NCBI GenBank assembly: GCA_964291395.2
Contig: OZ219856.1
Span: 384,001-448,000 of the forward strand
From: Alphaproteobacteria bacterium
GTDB lineage: Bacteria; Pseudomonadota; Alphaproteobacteria; UBA2966
DNA length: 64,000 nucleotides
Direction: 5' to 3'
Both the position numbers and the translations under genes were made by a program. This document shows, piece after piece, positions 58,492 to 64,000 of this stretch; position 1 is the stretch's first letter; each line of letters begins with the position of its first letter. The notes under the pieces are model-generated. The model searched no databases, was not told where the DNA came from, and worked only from the letters and a program-made list of their open reading frames with translations.

Positions 58492-59835
58492 TCAGAGCCC
58501 GTTCGCCGCGATGAAGTCGTCGATCCGATCGAGCAGTTCGCCGAAGCGCGGATTGTAGGTCAGCCGCGCCAGCGGCTCCCCGTCGGGGACCGCCGCCCGG
58601 TTGTCGCCGAACACCTCGCCGCGCCAGGGGTGCGGGGCCGCGAGGCAGCGGGCGACCGCATCGGCGCTCTCGCCGGAGCTCTGACCGCAGCTTCGATAGT
58701 CGCCGTCCGCGCCGTAATGCGCGTTGCCCGGCGCGATATGGATGGATTGATGGGAGAAGCCGGCGATCCTTTGTTCAGGCAGGAGACTGTTGGCGTAGCG
58801 GATGCGCACGTCGGCCGGATCCACCCCCTCTCGCGGGTCCCGGCGGTACACAACCAGCCGGCTGCCCGGATGGGAGAAGCGGGTCTCGAACCAGGCGCGG
58901 TTGGTGGCCACGTCGATGACGGGGTCGTCGGCGCTCTGCGCCATGAACACGGGCGCGGCGACGCTGCGTCGTTCCAGCGACCGCGCCAGCTCCCGGGTGA
59001 GCAGGAAGGTCTCCGCGGTGGCGTTCACCGGCATCGCCTCGTAGCGCGCATAGTCGTCCGGCGGGTCCCGGTCCAGCCAGTCGAGGACATGGCGCAGCCA
59101 GACCGTCTGGCGGACCAGCCAGGCGCGCTCGAGCGCGAGGGCGGGCGAGAACACGAAGGCGCCCTCCACCGCGGGATCGTCGAGCAAGGCGTGGATGGAA
59201 AGCAGTCCTCCGAGCGAGAAGCCGCCGACGAAGACCGCGTCGGCGTCCCTTTTCAGCGTGGTCAGACCGAACCGGGTCGCGGCCAGCCAGTCGCCGCGCC
59301 TCGCATCGAGCAGGTCTCCCGGCCGCGTGCCGTGTCCCGGCAGCAGCATCGCCCGGACCAGAAAGCAGCGCGCGGCGAACGCATCGGCCAGGTCCCGCAT
59401 CGCCAGGGGCATGTCGGCCAGGCCGTGCAGGAGCAGAACGCCCCGGCCCGAGCGGCCGCTCGGCGCTAACGGACAACCCTCGGCGGGTGCCCGCTCGAAG
59501 GGCGAGGCGGCGGCGAGCTCCATCGCTGTCCGACCGGGATTCACGTACACCTTGTGGCGTTCGAGCCTCTCGCGCGTTTGTCGGACGTAGTCGTCGAAGT
59601 CGCGATAACGGGTCGGATCGAACGGCAACCCCTCCCCGGAGAGCTCGAACCGTGCATCGTCGGCGCTGCGGCCCTGGGACGATGCATCGGCGGGAAACGG
59701 CTGGCCGGTCGCAACGAGGCACACCGCGAGAAACATGCCGGCCGGGCCGGCGCGCGGGCGATGCCGAAGGAACCGGACGGCGGTCTTCCCGGGCGGCCAT
59801 TCGCTCCGCCGAGCGGACGGGAATCGCAGCCTCAA
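58492..59835 (-). CDS. Exported alpha/beta hydrolase (esterase/lipase-like)
   Basis: LLLHGL.D.P, LPGHGT, GGFSLGG, D.V.D, FSH; hydrophobic leader; start uncertain. Confidence 0.8.
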   Translation of the reverse strand: MRLRFPSARRSEWPPGKTAVRFLRHRPRAGPAGMFLAVCLVATGQPFPADASSQGRSADDARFELSGEGLPFDPTRYRDFDDYVRQTRERLERHKVYVNPGRTAMELAAASPFERAPAEGCPLAPSGRSGRGVLLLHGLADMPLAMRDLADAFAARCFLVRAMLLPGHGTRPGDLLDARRGDWLAATRFGLTTLKRDADAVFVGGFSLGGLLSIHALLDDPAVEGAFVFSPALALERAWLVRQTVWLRHVLDWLDRDPPDDYARYEAMPVNATAETFLLTRELARSLERRSVAAPVFMAQSADDPVIDVATNRAWFETRFSHPGSRLVVYRRDPREGVDPADVRIRYANSLLPEQRIAGFSHQSIHIAPGNAHYGADGDYRSCGQSSGESADAVARCLAAPHPWRGEVFGDNRAAVPDGEPLARLTYNPRFGELLDRIDDFIAANGL

Positions 59836-60080
59836 GGTGTCTTCAAGTATTTGAATACCCTATATCCGATGGCGGTCGGCCCGGGAACGATTGCATCGAG
59901 CGGACGCGCCGGTAACCTGCTCTTTGCGGGTTGCGCCGCAGAGACGCAGTGGAGGAGGCGCCTTTTGCGACGCTCAAAGTCGAAGGGCTCCACTGTGACT
60001 GTGAACTTTCTGGCGCCGAAATCCACTTCGTAGTCGGAAATCACGCCGATTCTCAAGAGTCGATATAGGGCCTTGTCGTT
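59832..60080 (-). pseudogene. Possible remnant of a RecQ-like helicase C-terminal region
   Basis: Frame reads KALYRLLRIGVISDYEVDFG.RKF.V.V, recalled from RecQ-like helicases; no helicase core nearby. Confidence 0.35.
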
Positions 60081-60125
60081 TCACGTCGCCTCCGGTGCAG
60101 AAGAACCGGTCGCCCGGTGCGGCCT

Positions 60126-60785
60126 CTACCACGGGTGCTCGCGTCCGTCCCAAGTCCAGAACCGGCCGTGCCGGGAGTCGTCGAGGCTGGCCATGACCTC
60201 GTAGATGCCGCGGGCGCTCTCTTCCACCGAGATCGTGGCTCGGGGACCGCCCATGTCGGTACGCACCCATCCCGGATGGATGACCACCGCGAGACAACCC
60301 TGTTCGCGCCACCTTCCCTCGAGCGCCCGGAACCGGTCGTTGAGCGCCGCCTTCGACTCGCCGTACGTCCCGAGGCTGCGGCGCGACCCGCGACGTGCGC
60401 CCAACTGGCTGGTGATGAGCGCGATCTTTCGCTGCTCGCTACGTGTGACCGCGCCCATCAGCAATTCGGTCATCTCGATCGGCGCCTCTGCGTTGACTCG
60501 GTGCACGGCTGCGGCGCTCATGCCGTCGCCCTGGACCCCCGCGTTGTGGATCAAGACGTCGATCGCCTCATCTCCCAACGCATCGCGGAATGCCCGCTGC
60601 TGCGCGGCGTCGGTCACGTCGAGTCCGTGGAGACAGACGTCGCCGGTCACCGCGCCGAGTGCCCCGGGGTTCTCCCGGGTGCGTGTCGTTGCGTGCACCC
60701 GCCACCCCTCGTCCGCGTATCGCTTGACCAGTCCCAGACCGATGCCTCGGCTTGCGCCGATCACCGCCACGGTCGGCATGCTCAT
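60126..60785 (-). CDS. SDR oxidoreductase (CsgA/C-factor-like)
   Basis: GASRGIG, HNAG, YGESKAALN, HPGWVRTDMGG, C-terminal G...PW. Confidence 0.88.
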   Translation of the reverse strand: MSMPTVAVIGASRGIGLGLVKRYADEGWRVHATTRTRENPGALGAVTGDVCLHGLDVTDAAQQRAFRDALGDEAIDVLIHNAGVQGDGMSAAAVHRVNAEAPIEMTELLMGAVTRSEQRKIALITSQLGARRGSRRSLGTYGESKAALNDRFRALEGRWREQGCLAVVIHPGWVRTDMGGPRATISVEESARGIYEVMASLDDSRHGRFWTWDGREHPW

Positions 60786-60915
60786 CCTCCTCTCCGGTCC
60801 CTACACCCGGCGTGCACGGGCAACATAGCGACAAATGCAGACCTTGCGGAACACCAAGGCGCTCGCGGAGCTGAGGGCAAGGACGCGGGCGTTGCGCACT
60901 ACGCTCGCGCACCGG

Positions 60916-61317
60916 CTATTCTGACGCGACCACCCAGCCCAGGCCATCGATGATCGGGCAATCCGGCCTTTCGTCACCCTTGCAGGCGTCCACGAGATGG
61001 GCGAGCTCGTCGTGCAGCGACTGCAGCTCCCGCTGCTTCTCCGCGATCTCTTCCAGCCGCTTCGTCGCGATGCGCTTCACGTCGGCGCTGGAGCGGTTCT
61101 GGTCCTCGTAGAGGCTCAGCAGCTCACGGCACTCGTCGATCGAGAACCCGAACTCCCGCGCCCGGCGCACGAACACCAGCTTCCGCACGGAGCCGTCGTC
61201 GTATGCCCTGTATCCCGCCTCCGATCGCTCCGGCGCCGACACCAGGTCGATGTCCGCGTAGTAGCGGACCGTCTTCACCGGCAGTCCCGCTATCCTCGCC
61301 GCCGCAGAAATATTCAC
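60916..61317 (-). CDS. cueR: Cu(I)-responsive MerR regulator CueR
   Basis: NIS.AA...GL..KTVRYY, GYR.Y, RAR.FGFS, metal loop CKGDERPDCPI; GGAGGAG before GTG. Confidence 0.92.
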   Translation of the reverse strand: MNISAAARIAGLPVKTVRYYADIDLVSAPERSEAGYRAYDDGSVRKLVFVRRAREFGFSIDECRELLSLYEDQNRSSADVKRIATKRLEEIAEKQRELQSLHDELAHLVDACKGDERPDCPIIDGLGWVVASE

Positions 61318-61330
61318 CGCCGACTCCTCC

Positions 61331-61361
61331 TTGACTCTCCAGTAACTGGAAACCCTAGGTT
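61331..61361 (+). promoter_or_regulatory. CueR-type promoter/operator
   Basis: TTGACT, 19 bp spacer containing palindrome TCCAGT-A-ACTGGA, then TAGGTT; classic MerR geometry. Confidence 0.85.
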
Positions 61362-61391
61362 GTCGCACAGGACCAATCAACCGGTATCGAC

Positions 61392-61838
61392 ATGACCGCC
61401 ATAGCCGCAAGCATTGCCATCGACTGGCGCTGCCGCCACACCTGGCGCCGGGCATCGAAGAACACGGCCTGGTGTCTCCTGGGCTGCGCCATCGGCGATT
61501 TCGGCACCATCGCCTTCTTCCAGTTCACCGGCATCCCCTGGCCCACGCTGGCGATCATGATCCTTGCGATCGTGAACGGCCTGCTGACCTCGATCGCGCT
61601 GGAGACCGTGATCCTGGCCCGCCAGATGGATCTCCGGACCGCTTTCCGGACGGCGATCGGCATGTCCTTTATCTCCATGGTTGCCATGGAGACCATGATG
61701 AATGCGGTGGACTGGGCGCTGACCGGCGGTGCGGTGCTGACCTGGTGGGTCGTGCCGCTCATGCTGGCGGCCGGCTTCGTCACCCCGCTTCCCTACAACT
61801 ACTGGCGGCTGAAGGCACTCGGACGGGCATGTCATTGA
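61392..61838 (+). CDS. DUF4396 family membrane protein
   Basis: NTAWCLLGCAIGD, A.RTA.GMS.ISM..ME..MN, GF.TPLPYNYW. Confidence 0.8.
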   Translation: MTAIAASIAIDWRCRHTWRRASKNTAWCLLGCAIGDFGTIAFFQFTGIPWPTLAIMILAIVNGLLTSIALETVILARQMDLRTAFRTAIGMSFISMVAMETMMNAVDWALTGGAVLTWWVVPLMLAAGFVTPLPYNYWRLKALGRACH

Positions 61839-62272
61839 GATGGGCCGTGATCGTGCTCGCCCCGGCCGTCGCGGTTGGTATCGGCGGGTACGTCTACGTC
61901 ACCTCTCCGGATCACCAGAGCGAACGACGGCTGGAAGCCGGCCAGGCCAATGCCGCTCTCGCCGAAGTTTCCCTGCCGGAGGCGCTGTCCGCGCGCGCGA
62001 AGCTCGGGCAACGGGCTTTCGATGCGAAGTGCGCGTCATGCCATGGCGGAAACGCCGCAGGACGGGATGGGCTGGCTCCGCCGTTGGTGCACAACATTTA
62101 CGAACCCGGCCATCACGGGGACGAGTCGTTTCAACGGGCGGTCGCCATGGGCGTCAGGGCCCACCATTGGACATTCGGGAACATGCCGCCTGTCGAGGGT
62201 CTGACCCGCGGAGACGTGTCCCTGATCGTGGCCTACATCCGGGAGCTTCAACGCGCCAACGGTATCCAATGA
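61829..62272 (+). CDS. Membrane-anchored cytochrome c
   Basis: Hydrophobic N-terminus, CASCHG, PPLVH.IYEP.HH.D, HHW.FGNMPP. Confidence 0.85.
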   Translation: MSLRWAVIVLAPAVAVGIGGYVYVTSPDHQSERRLEAGQANAALAEVSLPEALSARAKLGQRAFDAKCASCHGGNAAGRDGLAPPLVHNIYEPGHHGDESFQRAVAMGVRAHHWTFGNMPPVEGLTRGDVSLIVAYIRELQRANGIQ

Positions 62273-62610
62273 AGGGATTCCTCCTTGCCGGACTTCTGGC
62301 CCTGGCGGCAACGCCGGCGCTGGCCCATTCCGGCCTCGACGCGACCGCGCCGATGAACGGCGCCGTGCTGGAGGAGGCTCCGCCCCATATCGTCCTCACC
62401 TTTGCCAAACGCACCCGCCTGACACGGGTCCGGATGGCCCATGGCGACAATCAGGCGGTCGATGTCGACCTTGGCGGCCAGACTTCTTTCGCGACCCGGT
62501 TCGTGGTTCCGTTGACGGACATGGGCAGCGGCCTCTACCGGATCGAGTTGCGCGGCCTCTCGGGCGACGGACACCCCGTGCGCAACGCCTTCACATTCAG
62601 GGTGCAATGA
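62269..62610 (+). CDS. copC: Copper resistance protein CopC
   Basis: Signal peptide ending ALA-HS, P.NGA, C-terminal S.DGH. Confidence 0.85.
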   Translation: MKGFLLAGLLALAATPALAHSGLDATAPMNGAVLEEAPPHIVLTFAKRTRLTRVRMAHGDNQAVDVDLGGQTSFATRFVVPLTDMGSGLYRIELRGLSGDGHPVRNAFTFRVQ

Positions 62611-62613
62611 TCC

Positions 62614-63492
62614 TTGCCCGACACCTGGGAACTGGCCTCGGCCTTCGCGCGGTCCCTGCTCTATCTCGGGGTGCTCGGAAGCGTCGGCCTGGTCCTCGCC
62701 CGCATCGTCTTCCGCCGGGAGACCGGCGGTCTGCACGATCCCATGGTCCGGCAGGCGACGGCTCTCGCGACGCTCGCGCTTCTGGCTGCCGGCCTCGGCT
62801 TCGCCCTGAAGGGCGCTGCCATGACGGGCGGGTTCTCGGGCATGACCGACCCCGAGATGCTGGGGCTCCTCTGGCAGACCCCGGCCGGGACGGCGCTCCT
62901 GCTCCGGGTTGCCGGCCTGATTACGATCCTTGTCGCCCTTCGCGTCCCCGCTATCGGCCTTCCTCTCGCCGCCGTCGGCGGCCTGATGACGCTGTGGTCA
63001 TTTACCGGGGTGGGGCATGTCGCCGATGCGGGGGCGCTCTGGCTCGAAATGCTGCTTCTGCTGCATCTCGCCGGCGTGGCGTTCTGGATCGGCATCCTCT
63101 CGCCTCTCCGCACGCTTGCCGGCGACCCCGAAGGGCTCTCCCTCGCGGCCGGCCTGGGCCATCGTTTCGGTCGCATCGCCGCGTTCACGGTGCCGGTCCT
63201 GATCGCCGCCGGGATCGTCATGGCATGGCGCCTGCTCGGGGAAGCTTCCGCCCTGGTCGCGACGGGATACGGCCTCACCCTGCTTGCGAAAATCGGCGCG
63301 CTCGGCCTGCTGCTAGGCGCCGCGGCGGCCAACAAGCTCCGTTTCGTTCCGGCCGTGAGGGCGGGCGACCGGAGCGCGGCTTTCGCGCTGCGACGTTCCA
63401 TCGCGGTCGAGTGGGCCGCGGTCTGTTTCGTCCTCCTGGCGACGGCCGTTCTGACCACGGTGCCGGACTTGCCGCCCGGAGGTGATCCGTGA
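62614..63492 (+). CDS. copD: Copper resistance membrane protein CopD
   Basis: Multiple TM segments, GH, LHL....FWIG.L, T.YG.TL..K, AANKLR. Confidence 0.85.
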   Translation: MPDTWELASAFARSLLYLGVLGSVGLVLARIVFRRETGGLHDPMVRQATALATLALLAAGLGFALKGAAMTGGFSGMTDPEMLGLLWQTPAGTALLLRVAGLITILVALRVPAIGLPLAAVGGLMTLWSFTGVGHVADAGALWLEMLLLLHLAGVAFWIGILSPLRTLAGDPEGLSLAAGLGHRFGRIAAFTVPVLIAAGIVMAWRLLGEASALVATGYGLTLLAKIGALGLLLGAAAANKLRFVPAVRAGDRSAAFALRRSIAVEWAAVCFVLLATAVLTTVPDLPPGGDP

Positions 63493-64000
63493 ACCGAAGA
63501 GAGTTCCTCATAGCCTCGACCGCAGCGGTTCTGCTCCCGACGACCGGCTGGGCGGCGCCCACCATCCGCTTGAGGGCCGGGCCCGTCAACGCAAGGATCC
63601 TGCCCGAACCCAAAAGCCTCACCCCGATGCTCGGCTTCAACGGCACGACCCCCGGACCCGAACTCCGCGCCCGCCAGGGGGACCGGATGTCGGTCGCCTT
63701 CGAGAACGGAACGGGACAGCGCTCCGCCGTCCACTGGCACGGCATCCATCTCGACAACGCGATGGACGGGGTGCCGGAGCTGACGCAGGAGCCGGTCGAA
63801 CCGGGCGCGGCCTTCCACTACGCCTTCGATGTCCCTTACGCCGGCACCTACTGGTACCACGCCCACCATCGCTCCTGGGAGCAGGTCGCCAGGGGTCTTT
63901 ACGGGCCCCTGATCGTCGAGGAGCCGGACCCGCCCGCCGTCGCCCGCGACATTACCGTCGTCCTCGACGACTGGCGCCTGGAACGTAACGGCTCGCTGCA
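63489..64000 (+). CDS. Multicopper oxidase, N-terminal part (truncated by window end)
   Basis: Tat signal NRREFL, FNG..PGP, VHWHG, GTYWYHAH; absent from ORF track because it has no stop in the window. Confidence 0.92.
   Translation, partial: MNRREFLIASTAAVLLPTTGWAAPTIRLRAGPVNARILPEPKSLTPMLGFNGTTPGPELRARQGDRMSVAFENGTGQRSAVHWHGIHLDNAMDGVPELTQEPVEPGAAFHYAFDVPYAGTYWYHAHHRSWEQVARGLYGPLIVEEPDPPAVARDITVVLDDWRLERNGSL

Overview
GC-rich bacterial chromosome segment, probably alphaproteobacterial (inferred from the NAD kinase, DUF3553, Mo/formate dehydrogenase genes and a small Zn-finger protein). It is densely packed with catabolic enzymes for N-heterocycles, ureides, lactams, aromatics and possibly sulfonates. 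Main blocks: TauD/DUF1326/ThDP enzyme/aspartate dehydrogenase; a hydantoinase-amidohydrolase-SDR-cupin operon divergent from a complete but atypical urease cluster (ureE-F-AB-C-G-D); BKACE/SDR with MaoC pair and hydantoinase/oxoprolinase AB; bifunctional FBP aldolase/phosphatase; a flavin monooxygenase/VOC/hydrolase operon; 2-oxoacid dehydrogenase E1a/E1b/E2; a three-gene biotin carboxylase system facing comDE; moaA/fdhD/mobA/modE with NAD-linked formate dehydrogenase; and a CueR-controlled copper cluster running off the end. The best candidate for an undescribed system is the urease homolog: it keeps every nickel ligand but has a rebuilt substrate-pocket loop and sits beside ring-opening amidohydrolases, so it may act on a substrate other than urea. 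I saw no rRNA, tRNA, CRISPR array or intact mobile element. All family assignments come from motif recognition by eye, without database searches.
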